Positions 1-9,615 of a stretch of 20,000 nt of DNA are shown piece by piece. The notes beneath the pieces are model-generated. The model saw only the letters and a program-made list of their open reading frames with translations, searched no databases and was not told where the DNA came from. Each line of letters starts with the position of its first letter. The first letter of the stretch is position 1. The DNA comes from Asterionella formosa (taxonomy: Eukaryota), in the NCBI GenBank assembly GCA_002256025.1, contig NKIB01012640.1, positions 53,776 through 73,775 of the forward strand, in the 5' to 3' direction. The translations under genes and the position numbers were made by a program.

Positions 1-2
1 GA

Positions 3-1169
3 CTTGCATTGCCACATCAGCCCATGATACTGTTGCTAGATACCACTAAGGAGCGATGTGACATTTTGGAACAATATTCTGACATGGGAATTTTGGGCGA
101 CGCCATATCCTTGGCCAAAGGTGAAGTCGTAGACAAGACCTTGTTGGCATTGCCGGACGACCAGCGACCGCCTGGTCTTCGAGAATGGGATCAATTTGGG
201 GCACCTGGCCGTTGTCCGGGTAGGTCATCATGGCATCCCAAACGTATGGAACATGAACTCATGGGGTGGATGCTTGCCATGCACATGGTGGAAGGTGTCG
301 AAGAAGCTATGAGATTAATGAAGGTAAACGACAATTGGAAGTTGGAATATGGACAATACGATATTAAGCAACTACGATCTTTCCCACCACCTGTAAACAA
401 AGTCCCAGAAAATGAAGAATCTGTAACGCACCTACTGTTTGGTCATCCTGAGGGGAACAATAAGTATACACTGAAGGATATTTCGTGCCGCACTTCCTTT
501 CTTCCTGCAGTAGACCAGAACGGCTTTCTGCCATCGATTATCGTCAGCGGTTTACACCATGTCGAATCGGACATGATGCTGGAACGAACTGATGCCATGT
601 ACACAGATGGTTGGGTCTTGGACGTTAGTCATGTGGAGCGAGATACAAAGGCAAAAGTAGAGCGTTGTGGCGGTCTCGGATATATAGACATGAAGGTTGC
701 ACTATACGGTATTCCTGAAAGTGGAACGCTGAGGTTGTGGCTGCCGTATGAAGGACCTACCCAGTCGACTAAGGATGATGCAGCCGCGAAAAACTGGTTT
801 GATACCTTGATTCTATGTGAAGCAAATGAAAAACGAAAGGAAGATGCCTGTCAACTTGACAAGCACATGCTGATAATAGTTGGCGGTGTAGAAGTTGAAA
901 CAATATTTTACATTGACGGAGCTGGTGTTTATTTGCACCGAAAGACGTGCGTGAATATTGCCATCCCAATGAGGGCTACGACGACCAAGTTGGGCCAAGT
1001 TAAGGATGTCGAAGGAAACCCACTAACATCGGTCGACATGACGAGATTAGCCGGTTCGAACCACGACGATAATATGATTGGGCTTGTAGTCGATATCAAG
1101 GCCCGAAAGCGAGTCTCGCGGGAAAATGGCGCCTGTTGTGTATCGCACATCATTTGGGAGCAGCATTAA
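3..1169 (+). CDS. Hypothetical protein, 3' part only (the gene begins upstream of the window); possibly SGNH-hydrolase-like
   Basis: The frame is open from the window edge (ctt gca ttg cca cat...) to TAA at 1167-1169, about 388 codons with protein-like composition. A 'SSWHPKRMEHELMG' segment resembles the block V HP motif of SGNH hydrolases (inference only). The TTG start at 9 in the ORF track is not a plausible eukaryotic start. Confidence 0.75.
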   Translation, partial: LALPHQPMILLLDTTKERCDILEQYSDMGILGDAISLAKGEVVDKTLLALPDDQRPPGLREWDQFGAPGRCPGRSSWHPKRMEHELMGWMLAMHMVEGVEEAMRLMKVNDNWKLEYGQYDIKQLRSFPPPVNKVPENEESVTHLLFGHPEGNNKYTLKDISCRTSFLPAVDQNGFLPSIIVSGLHHVESDMMLERTDAMYTDGWVLDVSHVERDTKAKVERCGGLGYIDMKVALYGIPESGTLRLWLPYEGPTQSTKDDAAAKNWFDTLILCEANEKRKEDACQLDKHMLIIVGGVEVETIFYIDGAGVYLHRKTCVNIAIPMRATTTKLGQVKDVEGNPLTSVDMTRLAGSNHDDNMIGLVVDIKARKRVSRENGACCVSHIIWEQH

Positions 1170-1645
1170 GTACAGTGCAAACTGCCATGAAAGGACACAG
1201 GAATGAAGAGTTGTTTTCGCTTGTATCGTGACTTGTTGTTGTCCTCGCTTTGATGAAAGATTCCCTCTGTTAAAGCAACAAAAGAAGGACAAATAACATT
1301 TGGTGAGTTGAACTTTTAGTCAAGTCCACATGCACGCTCGTTTCATCATTGAAACGGAAGTTTGCAATGAATAATGCAGTGCCGGTAAGCTGCATTTTTT
1401 TCGTTTGTCTAGAAACACCGTGCGAATATCATTTTGACTTGCTTTTAATCATAACTATAATTGATTCAATCTTACTCCCAGGTAAGAACAACTGACTACC
1501 TGGTACCAGTATAGTGAACCAAGGCCATCACAAGTCGAAAACACGTACAGTTGCTATATTGGACCAAAATTGACATTTGTTTCAATAAATCTGTCTTTGC
1601 TAAATCATTAGTTATTCATGACTGCAATGTGTTAAAGAAGTATCA

Positions 1646-2371
1646 TTAGTGTGCAACAGCATTATAACCTTTTGGTGTGGCCCCACTTGGCTCCCTGACA
1701 ATGATCGTTTCTTCATAGTATTCAGCTGCTGAGGGACTATACAAATCACGGTGTCCTTGTTCGTTGAAGAGTTTTTCACTAATCTTCGTCGTCACGAATG
1801 TTATTGCTTTCCCGACTCCATCTGTTGCTCTCTGCAAAAGATGGTGCTTTCGGTTAGCCTCCTTCAGCGAGTTCCAGGAGTATACCACAAACGTTTTGGC
1901 CCGTTCCAAGATATTGTGGCGACGGTCCACTTCTTTCGCTTTTTCCCAAGCGTTATTTGCAGCATCTTGTCCCTTTCTCACAAGATTATGCTTTTGGTTA
2001 ACCTCGACGGCCTTTTGTCGTGCCATCAATGCAACTTGGCCGATGGCTCGTGCACAGTCGCCGGCAGCCCCTTCCTTCTTTGCGAAGTGGGCAGCCCCAA
2101 AACCTGTCAAACAGGCAAAGATGGGACCTCCAAGTAAGCAACCTATGACTCCCGCACCTACACCTGCACCGACCATCAAGGATTGTTCATATTCTTCAGT
2201 AGTTAGGGTCGTGCCACCATCTTCCACTCCATCCACTGTGACCATGTTGGAGTCGTGGGACGACAAGGGGTCGACGTCAGTGATTGTCTCCTCAAGTGGA
2301 GCTGATGCAGCAGGAACCAGAGGAGGACTAGCCTCGTCGTCGTCATAGATAAAGTTCTTATTTTCAACCAT
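1646..2371 (-). CDS. Hypothetical membrane-associated protein with a glycine-rich hydrophobic segment and about three 24-aa helical repeats
   Basis: 241-aa ATG-initiated ORF in an 'accATGG' context. It has an acidic N-terminus, a hydrophobic GAGVGAGVIGCLLGGPIFACLTGFGAA stretch, and repeats EVNQKHNLV / EVDRRHNIL / EANRKHHLL spaced exactly 24 aa apart. Confidence 0.75.
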   Translation of the reverse strand: MVENKNFIYDDDEASPPLVPAASAPLEETITDVDPLSSHDSNMVTVDGVEDGGTTLTTEEYEQSLMVGAGVGAGVIGCLLGGPIFACLTGFGAAHFAKKEGAAGDCARAIGQVALMARQKAVEVNQKHNLVRKGQDAANNAWEKAKEVDRRHNILERAKTFVVYSWNSLKEANRKHHLLQRATDGVGKAITFVTTKISEKLFNEQGHRDLYSPSAAEYYEETIIVREPSGATPKGYNAVAH

Positions 2372-2509
2372 GGTGGTAACTATCTATGCTCAAATGTCTG
2401 GCTGAAGAGGACGTATAAGATTCCTTGCTGTTGTTCTGTTCAATGTGTAAAGTTCGGATTTTATGTCGCAGAACCTGTGATAGTGGGATGTATCTTAAAA
2501 CAGAGCTGT

Positions 2510-2760
2510 CGTACCGGTAATAGGACCTGGTATTCCTACCAGGTACCCGGTACCTGGAACCAGAGTACCGGTAAAATGATTGTTCCAATGAAGAGCACGA
2601 CTTGAGAGACGACTCGCTGGACTCAATGGAATTGACAACGGGCGCCAGCAAGCAAGGAGTTGCGGGAATTTTGACATCATTATCCACAACTAGATTTTCT
2701 CGTTAGCAAATCTTATCAGGACTGGTACTCCAGTACCAGATACCGTACGCCGGTACCATA
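2510..2760. repeat. GGTACC/CCWGG motif clusters in a divergent intergenic region
   Basis: gtaccggta, taccaggtacccggtacctggaaccagagtaccggta (about 2510-2573) and actggtactccagtaccagataccgtacgccggtacca (about 2722-2758). Confidence 0.75.
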
Positions 2761-2892
2761 CACAGCTATCGATGAATATGAAAATATCAATTCGAAATAT
2801 CCCATCCACCGCTGTCTCGCGACCTGGACTGCGAATGCATTTAATGGACCATCATTACTTCTAGTCACAGCTATAAAGTTTTCAATTGAACC

Positions 2893-3783
2893 ATGGAATA
2901 CGATAGAATGAGCGATGACTCGCACCTTTCATCTGTTGTGAGGGCAAACGAGATGCTTCACGTTCGTCAGCCACTGACAAATGTCCTCCCACAACAAGAA
3001 GTTGACTCTCGAATCTCGTCATGGTTTCACATGCCAACGCGACGTTCGGAACATGCTGCAGTCACAGAACGGCACGGGGAAGAATCATGGAAAGCAAGAG
3101 CTGTAAGGTTCATCCATTCCAAATTAGTTCAAGTTGTCCTCATGTCTCTTCTGATTGTTGATGTGTTGGTCCTTTTCGTGGAATTGTTCCTCTCTGCCAG
3201 CTATCCTTCGTGCAGTAGCATTGAAAATGGAGCTATTTCGTGCTGTCCAGCAGCATACGGACAAGCGCAGAGGTGGCTGGCCGACGCGAATGACGATCAT
3301 GGAGCAGGGGGACTATGCGAAATGCCTTACGAAGACACTTTGTACCCTGTTGCTTGCAATGAGCATCAGCATCCTGCTCTTCATACAGCTCATCTTGCAT
3401 TGAGAACGATCTCGATTTCCATCTTGACTGTTTTTTTCATTGAGCTTTCGGTCTTAATGATTTGCCTTGGTGTTGTACACTTCTTTAACAATTTCTACTA
3501 TGTCCTTGATTTCGTTGTGGTCATTGTTTCGCTTGGCCTTGAAATCCTTTTTGCTATGCTGAATGACATAGAGGCTGCCGAACTGGCGGGATTCCTCATT
3601 CTCGCTAGGTTATGGCGGTTTGTGAGAATTGGTCATGGGATTTACTCATCCACCATAGAAATTGCAAATCAGAAGTATAAGGCACTTGTAGAGTACACAA
3701 GCAGGTGCGAGCAGGTTATAGAAATGAGGGGCCTTAGTCTTCCTCCAGGTCGACCAGTTGTGGTGATGGAGGACGAAGATTGA
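2893..3783 (+). CDS. HVCN1: Voltage-gated proton channel (Hv1 family; voltage-sensor domain only)
   Basis: Four hydrophobic helices and no pore domain. S1 carries the selectivity Asp (LLIVDVLVLFVEL), S2 has F..E (LTVFFIEL), S3 has LDFVVV, and S4 has the Hv signature RxWRxxR (LARLWRFVRIGHG). The start could be the second ATG at 2908. Confidence 0.9.
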   Translation: MEYDRMSDDSHLSSVVRANEMLHVRQPLTNVLPQQEVDSRISSWFHMPTRRSEHAAVTERHGEESWKARAVRFIHSKLVQVVLMSLLIVDVLVLFVELFLSASYPSCSSIENGAISCCPAAYGQAQRWLADANDDHGAGGLCEMPYEDTLYPVACNEHQHPALHTAHLALRTISISILTVFFIELSVLMICLGVVHFFNNFYYVLDFVVVIVSLGLEILFAMLNDIEAAELAGFLILARLWRFVRIGHGIYSSTIEIANQKYKALVEYTSRCEQVIEMRGLSLPPGRPVVVMEDED

Positions 3784-4179
3784 CTTGAATTCGATTGACA
3801 TGGTGACGCAAGCATAGTCTGTTGACAGAATTATTTGTTAAGTTTAAGAAAAGCTTTGTTATTGCAAGTCAAATAGTTACCTTGCGCGTACCGTCACTGT
3901 CATTTGCATACTACCATGATGTACATTTCATGACGATCTCAGCATCCCGCTAAAAGGTAAACAAATCGACAAGGTATAAACCTATTTGAGGAGTGTTCAA
4001 AATAATTAGTCTATTAGTGTGCATATCCAACTTTGATGAGATGACCGGAATTCTGGAAGAGTGCATGCAGTGCACGACCATGTTTGTCAATGTAACATTG
4101 TCCGGTGTCCTTGATTCACATTATTATTTTGGGGTTGCACATGAAGTGATCGCAAAGGCTGGTTATTCACGCAAAATGT

Positions 4180-5640
4180 TTACATGGTAGGTCCGTCTTT
4201 GACAAATTCGAGTACGAAATCGTTGGAGACATTGTTCAAGTGAGTCAAGACTTCAATGCTTCCATCCCACAGGTCCGCCTCATGGTATTTGACACCCCAC
4301 TCCTTGCAGAACGATTCCACAAGTGCATGGCATTTCTTTAAGTTGTGTCTTGGAATGGTTGGAAACAAGTGATGGTCAACTTGGTATTGTAGTCCTCCGC
4401 AGAACCAGTCAACAAAGGCTTGAGGAATGCCGTGTCCTCCAGTAACGTTACGTGTGGTAGTGACTTGCAACTTCCAAAAGTCTGGTCTTGTCGCCGCATC
4501 GTATGTGGCCATACCATTGTGTCCCAATCCAAAAACAATAGCAAGGAACATTCCACAGGAACACGTCATGATCATGAAGAACGCAACGGAATAAGCGAGA
4601 GAGAAACGTCCATAGCCAGACGAGACAGCAGCGACCCAAACGTAGTGCAGGGCAATAGCAACCTTTTCTAAAACAGGATATTGAAGACCCTTCTTCTTCA
4701 TCTCTAGAGCAGCGTTTTCGCTGGCAGCTCCAAGTCCGTACGCGACCTTGAACGACTCGTTCAGCCACGAGATGCGAGCCAAGAGCAGGATGGGGAAGTA
4801 AAAGAATGCTTGGTACTTGATGAGAAACTTGACAGTCGCAGAGTCCTTCCCTTCGTTCAACTCACGATAAGATTGTGCCTGCTTCAACGACCAAGCCAGT
4901 AAGGGCATGGTGTCAATGTCAGGATCACCATCTTGGCTGAGGGCCGATGTCGAGTGAAGGTTGGGGACCGCGTGGTGGCCATTGTGTTTGTTCTTCCACC
5001 ATTGCACACTGTATCCCTGCATGAGGTTTCCCCAAAAGATGCCAGCCAAGTCACCGTACTTCCGTTGGGCAAATACTTGGTGATGCAAGTAGTCATGAGC
5101 CAGCCATCCGCATTGTTGGAAGAAGAGTCCGAGCAGAAGGGCAGCAGCGACGTGCACAGCAATGGCGTCACTGTAGTAGACCATGGCCATGGCAGCAGCC
5201 CACAGACTCATGTTGGAAAAGAACTTGTAGACATAAAACAGTTTGTTTGACTTGAACATTCCCATGAGCACGAGCTTGGAACGCAAGTCGCGGTAACCTC
5301 GCTCAAAGTTCAACTGATGCTGATCCTTGTGTAGTACGGATTCAGGAATCAATTCACCGATGAGAAACTTCTTCATCATATTGTGAGATCCGGGAGCATG
5401 GAAGGCAGCAAAGATGTCCGTCATGTCATCGCCTGCGTGGGTAAAGATGACAGCGCCACCGGGGTGCTCGTACCAGTTGGAGACGTCGTACACCTTGTTG
5501 GAGTGGACAATCCAGGCATCTTCAGGGTGGTGGTGCTTCTTAACTTCGGCCCATGTGAACTTTTGCGCCGACTTTATCATTTCCGCATTGCCTTGGGCGT
5601 TGCTAGACGCGGCCACTGAAGATTCTCCTCCTTTACCCAT
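4180..5640 (-). CDS. Delta-6 fatty acid desaturase (front-end, cytochrome b5 fusion)
   Basis: 486-aa intronless ORF with an MGKGG N-terminus, the cytochrome b5 HPGG motif, and histidine boxes HDYLHH, HNGHH and the front-end-type QVDHHLFP. From memory it closely resembles the Phaeodactylum/Thalassiosira delta-6 desaturases (AWIVHSNKVYDVSNW.EHPGGAVIFTHAGDDMTDIFAAFHAPGS). Regiospecificity is inferred from that similarity. Confidence 0.93.
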   Translation of the reverse strand: MGKGGESSVAASSNAQGNAEMIKSAQKFTWAEVKKHHHPEDAWIVHSNKVYDVSNWYEHPGGAVIFTHAGDDMTDIFAAFHAPGSHNMMKKFLIGELIPESVLHKDQHQLNFERGYRDLRSKLVLMGMFKSNKLFYVYKFFSNMSLWAAAMAMVYYSDAIAVHVAAALLLGLFFQQCGWLAHDYLHHQVFAQRKYGDLAGIFWGNLMQGYSVQWWKNKHNGHHAVPNLHSTSALSQDGDPDIDTMPLLAWSLKQAQSYRELNEGKDSATVKFLIKYQAFFYFPILLLARISWLNESFKVAYGLGAASENAALEMKKKGLQYPVLEKVAIALHYVWVAAVSSGYGRFSLAYSVAFFMIMTCSCGMFLAIVFGLGHNGMATYDAATRPDFWKLQVTTTRNVTGGHGIPQAFVDWFCGGLQYQVDHHLFPTIPRHNLKKCHALVESFCKEWGVKYHEADLWDGSIEVLTHLNNVSNDFVLEFVKDGPTM

Positions 5641-6196
5641 GATGTGTGTTCGGCGGAGGCTTTAGACTACTGAAATATAGTCTGGCTAATAGTGGTGGAG
5701 ATATAGATGGTGTTCCGGACGAATATATGAGAGAGTTTTCTGAGGACATATCTTCCGAGCGAACGTTGCAAATGCGAAACCACGTTAACCGGTAGTGGCT
5801 TTATCCGAGGACGAAGAAAGTTAGCAGCTGACTGGTCATCGATTTGTGTCATACGTGGCCTTTTGTCGTTGGATCTTCCCGTCGGCGACAGTCAACCTAA
5901 GGAGAATGACGTTGTAGGAGAAGGAGTGCGTACAAAAAATCGGTGAGGGATTGCAAGACGGTGAAGATAGAGTGTCAATGACGTGACTCGAAGTCGTGTG
6001 TGATGACAAATGTCGGAGTTTGAATGTGGTCATCGCTCGGCACCTGCCTCGTCATTTGTGTTCTTCTACAGGTGCCTGGTACCAGGTAGTAGTACCTGTT
6101 ACCAAGTTAGCAGGGGTATCTGTCCCAGCATCCAATGCAAAGGGGTGTACACCCTGTATGGAGTACCTCGTAAAGGCAACTCCGGGAGACAATGCA

Positions 6197-6248
6197 ACTG
6201 GTACCAGGGTACCTGGTACGGTACTGGTACTGGTACTGGTACCAGTAG
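6197..6248. repeat. GGTAC(C/T) / CCWGG-type simple repeat cluster with tandem GGTACT hexamers
   Basis: actggtaccagggtacctggtacggtactggtactggtactggtaccagta. Related motifs occur at 6073-6105. Confidence 0.8.
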
Positions 6249-7099
6249 CCAAATTAGTATGCACACGTACTCGGAGTACCATGTACTTTATGTTGGCTGA
6301 GAAACAACCTTGGTGGTGTTCGCGTTCATCACTCGCTGCGTCCCTCCATACCTCTGTCCTCGAAGAAAATCTCAATGCAGGAACGGATTCCAGGTTCCTA
6401 CGCTCGATGCATGTGACTGCATACATTTCTGTCCTTTGAGTCCTGCCACCAATTCCAGGGTGGTGTATATCATATCAGTAGTCCCAATGAGAAACAAATG
6501 AATAAATTAACGAGCATGCGTTTCTGGACAAAAGAGTATAGCTTAAGTTTTGTGCATGCCCAGACTTATGATGAGCTGGCCAGCATCCATGTCGATGATT
6601 TCATCAGCCTCCCTTTTGAGGTCAGCCACAAAGAGAGCAATCGATGATGTATTGACACTGTAATAGTGTCAAATCTTTCTCCTTCTATTGTTTGGAAAAG
6701 AGTCAATGAAAAAATGGGGGTTTGGAGCAAACATTCAGGACACGAGAGTGAGGTTCGACTATTTCTAGAATACTTAGAACATATATCAATTGCTTAGAAA
6801 ATTTTGAAGTAATTGTTTTAGAAAATCAACTATAGTGGAGTTACTTGGGTTGCATTGTAGCCCAGGATTGTAAATGTTGGACATTGAAGTTGGGTGAGGA
6901 GCCCATGCAGCTCTTGGCTGTGTATGGCGGAAAAATATTTTTTGTAACTGTAATAGTAGCTAGGTGTGAGTCAGGCAAGGAGCCCATGTGGCTCATAGAG
7001 TAAAGTGGATATAAGAGTCGGGATTGTAACCCGGAAAGTTTAATGGTGCAATTTTGAAAATATACTTAGAACATCTATTATTCGTAACACAAATAGCAT

Positions 7100-7576
7100 G
7101 CACTATGATCTGGCTGTTGCCAAGTCCCTATTTTTTCCTTGCATCTCTCACACAAATTTCCATTATGCAATTGGCAATGCATAGACTCCTCTACTTGGTT
7201 GCATGGATGTCATGCTCACTGCATCATGGTGACAGTCTCCACCAGCCATCTACCAGTGATCTCCAAGATGATGTTTGACCACTGATTTGGTCAAAGATGT
7301 CAATCCTGTTCAAAACAAGTTATAAAACAGTTATATCCAACCCATTTTTTGTTCTGGGCATCTCCAGATTCACACAAGCTATACTGTTGTTCAATGATTC
7401 AAGCTTGCTCGTCCTTCACAACAGTTGTCATATCCATTCTTGTCACAAATGGAACTTTTTCTTGTTCTGTGGCAGGTCATGGGAGGCAGCAAACTTGAGG
7501 CAAAGTCTAGTAATTCCTGTGCCGCTGCATCACTGGCAGGAGGGAAGATTGGAGCGATTTGATTTTGTGGTTGCAT
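7100..7576 (-). pseudogene. Decayed reading frame in CpG-depleted DNA (possible transposon or gene relic)
   Basis: The minus strand reads MQPQNQIAPIFPPASDAAAQELLDFASS..., then in a shifted frame PQNKKKFHL*QEWI*QLL*RTSKLESLNNSIACVNLEMPRTKNGLDITVL*LVLNRIDIFDQISGQTSSWRSLVDGWWRLSP*. Four of these five stops are TGA, consistent with CGA>TGA decay. No CG dinucleotide was seen by eye in about 7085-7409. Confidence 0.4.
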
Positions 7577-7824
7577 AATAGCTGGGGAATCTTCACACTA
7601 AATAGATCATATATACTAAACGAAATTGTGTGCTGATAGCGCTGATCATGGCGGTTATGTTGATAGTAAATCAAGCGGTGCAGGAGGTTTTAAAATTGTT
7701 GAGTAAACCAACAGAATAATACCAACATGGTTAATTTGATTTTAACAAACGTTTAAGCGCTAAATAGTATATTCATAGGGTCAGGGGTTTTGCTAATACT
7801 AGGCCAACAGGGCCTACCTTGTGG

Positions 7825-7920
7825 CCCCAGAAATAGCCCCCACCATACCTGATTGTGTCCCAGAAATTGCACCCAGCCATACCTGCTGATTATGCCCCTT
7901 AAATTTGCATCCAGCCTTAC
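7825..7920 (+). repeat. Degenerate tandem repeat, about three units of 34-36 bp
   Basis: Units: ccccagaaatagcccccaccatacctgattgtgt / cccagaaattgcacccagccatacctgctgattatg / ccccttaaatttgcatccagccttac. Confidence 0.7.
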
Positions 7921-8096
7921 AAACTGTACAACACATCAACTACTGGAGAGGGGCCTGTCTGCATTATTGATACTGGTACCTGGTACTGGTACTGTACTGG
8001 TAGTTGCGTTGATGTGATGGTGTGATGTGATGTAACACAAGCTATGTACTGGTATGTCATAGACCAACACTAAATACTGATATATACTACCAGATA

Positions 8097-9615
8097 CCCA
8101 AGTAAAAAACTGCATTGACCCACTGATGGTATAAAAAGCACATTTTGTTTTAAAAAATCATTCATTTTCTATTACTTAAGCTCCAGAATGTTTCCTGAGC
8201 ATATATCAGATGGAGTCATACTGCTAGTTCTCAGCTGATTGGATGTCAATCTTTTGTTAATTTTGGTCAAAAGTGGCAATCAAAAAAAGTGAAAAGCACA
8301 GATTATCCCAAGTTTGGATTTCTCATCTTATATTGTATACAATGAGGTATATAAATTTCTTGCATTTTATGTCTTATCCATAACCTTGTTAATAATAAAT
8401 CTGTACATAAAAATTGATGAGACTTGGAGCGGCCAGCCATGTAATACCGGTATCTATGTAGGCAGAGCATCATAAGTACCTGGTACCAGTAAAAAACTGC
8501 CATGACCAATTGAGAATATTTTTGAACTGCCGTGACCCATTGAACGCAGAATAACACGTTTTGCAATCAAAACTCAAATAAATATAGATTTTGAGACTTC
8601 TGGCTTCTTCCCGAGAATATAGGCTAGTCAGCCATGTAATTAGTTTGAGATTTGGAGCAAGTTATTCATCAATAACACGGATTAGGGTAAGTTTAGAAGT
8701 CACCACATCATATGATATACGATGATCAACATAATGATTTGAACCTTCACCTCATTTGCGACAATATAGTAAATCTTGTCTTGGTATTGACTTCTATGGA
8801 GATGGCAAATTATTTAGGCACATAGCATCATCATGCAAATGCATAATGTATGATTACGGGTATAACAGGTAGGGAGTACCTACCAGGTTTTCATCGCACC
8901 TTTCTAATAACACACATGCCAAGTGCTTTAACACATGACCTCATCTGTCCTCAAAAATGTATATAAATTTATATACGTTTATCTGGAAAAAAAGTATATA
9001 CTGCCGTGACCCACCATTGAAATCACTTTTTAGCTGTTTTAATTATCATTGTATCTTTCTGATGAAATTGTTCAATCAGAATTCTAACACAACAGCTTGA
9101 TTTATCGATGCTGCTCTGACACTATCGAACAAACGGATCTGCAATTTGGTAGAATTTACCATTAGTTGGAGGAGTCAAACAAACACCCTAACTCAATGGG
9201 TCATGGCAGTTTTTTACTGGTACCTACCCATGATGCGACCAAAACTGGTACATCTATAGTACCAGGAATGGTACTGGCTGGTACCAATTTAATGTATGGA
9301 GCATCATGCATTTTATGTCTTTTCACTTTCAACCAAACAGGATAATCCATGTTCACCAATGAATATAAAATTACTTCCAGGTATGGTAAAATTTTCATTC
9401 ACTGCATTGACCCATTGAGACTGAATTTTACATCTAGATGAAAAAAAATATCTTCTGAACCAGATGTTCAATTTAACTAGGAACAGGATGCTAATGTACC
9501 GATGCCTTATGACATCAATACTTCTGAACAAATTTCAGAGAGAGGCGAGCTAAGTGTTAGTCGAACTGATCAAACGAATGGGATAAAACAGTGGGTCAAT
9601 GCAGTTTTCTACTGG
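8097..9615. mobile_element. Outer non-autonomous TIR element (MITE-like, probably Tc1/mariner-pogo superfamily), interrupted by a second element
   Basis: Left AGTAAAAAACTGCATTGACCCACTG (8101-8125) is the reverse complement of CAGTGGGTCAATGCAGTTTTCTACT (9589-9613) with 1 mismatch. TA flanks at 8095-8096 and 9616-9617. The left tip is slightly degenerate (CCCAAGT vs CCAGT). An internal copy of the TIR core, ACTGCATTGACCCATTG, lies at about 9401-9417. No transposase ORF. Confidence 0.8.
8486..9220. mobile_element. Inner 735-bp MITE with 29-bp TIRs and flanking TA
   Basis: CCAGTAAAAAACTGCCATGACCAATTGAG (8486-8514) matches the reverse complement of CTCAATGGGTCATGGCAGTTTTTTACTGG (9192-9220) at 28/29 positions. 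TA flanks at 8484-8485 and 9221-9222. Internal direct copies of ACTGCCGTGACCCA at about 8526 and 9000. Confidence 0.88.

Noticed and set aside
1764..2348. 194-aa and 128-aa plus-strand ORFs
   Set aside because: Antisense shadows of the 1646-2371 gene, with non-ATG starts and no recognisable motifs.
2364..2925. Short minus-strand ORFs in the divergent intergenic region
   Set aside because: Translation products of the GGTACC motif clusters (RYRVPG, TGTT), with no independent coding signal.
6111..6157. Short inverted repeat caggggta...tacaccctg and the palindrome ggggtgtacaccct
   Set aside because: Too short and imperfect to call an element, and no partner end or target-site duplication was found.
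5996..6439. Overlapping 147/124/96-aa ORFs upstream of the desaturase
   Set aside because: They are kept open by GGTAC(C/T) repeats (VPGT, VLVLV, GTGTG) and do not look like real proteins.
7825..7920. Possible CRISPR array
   Set aside because: The units are degenerate and directly tandem with no unique spacers, there are no cas genes, and the context is eukaryotic.
8303..9531. Short ORFs inside the nested elements as transposase remnants
   Set aside because: No recognisable HTH or DDE/DDD motifs; AT-rich random-looking translations.
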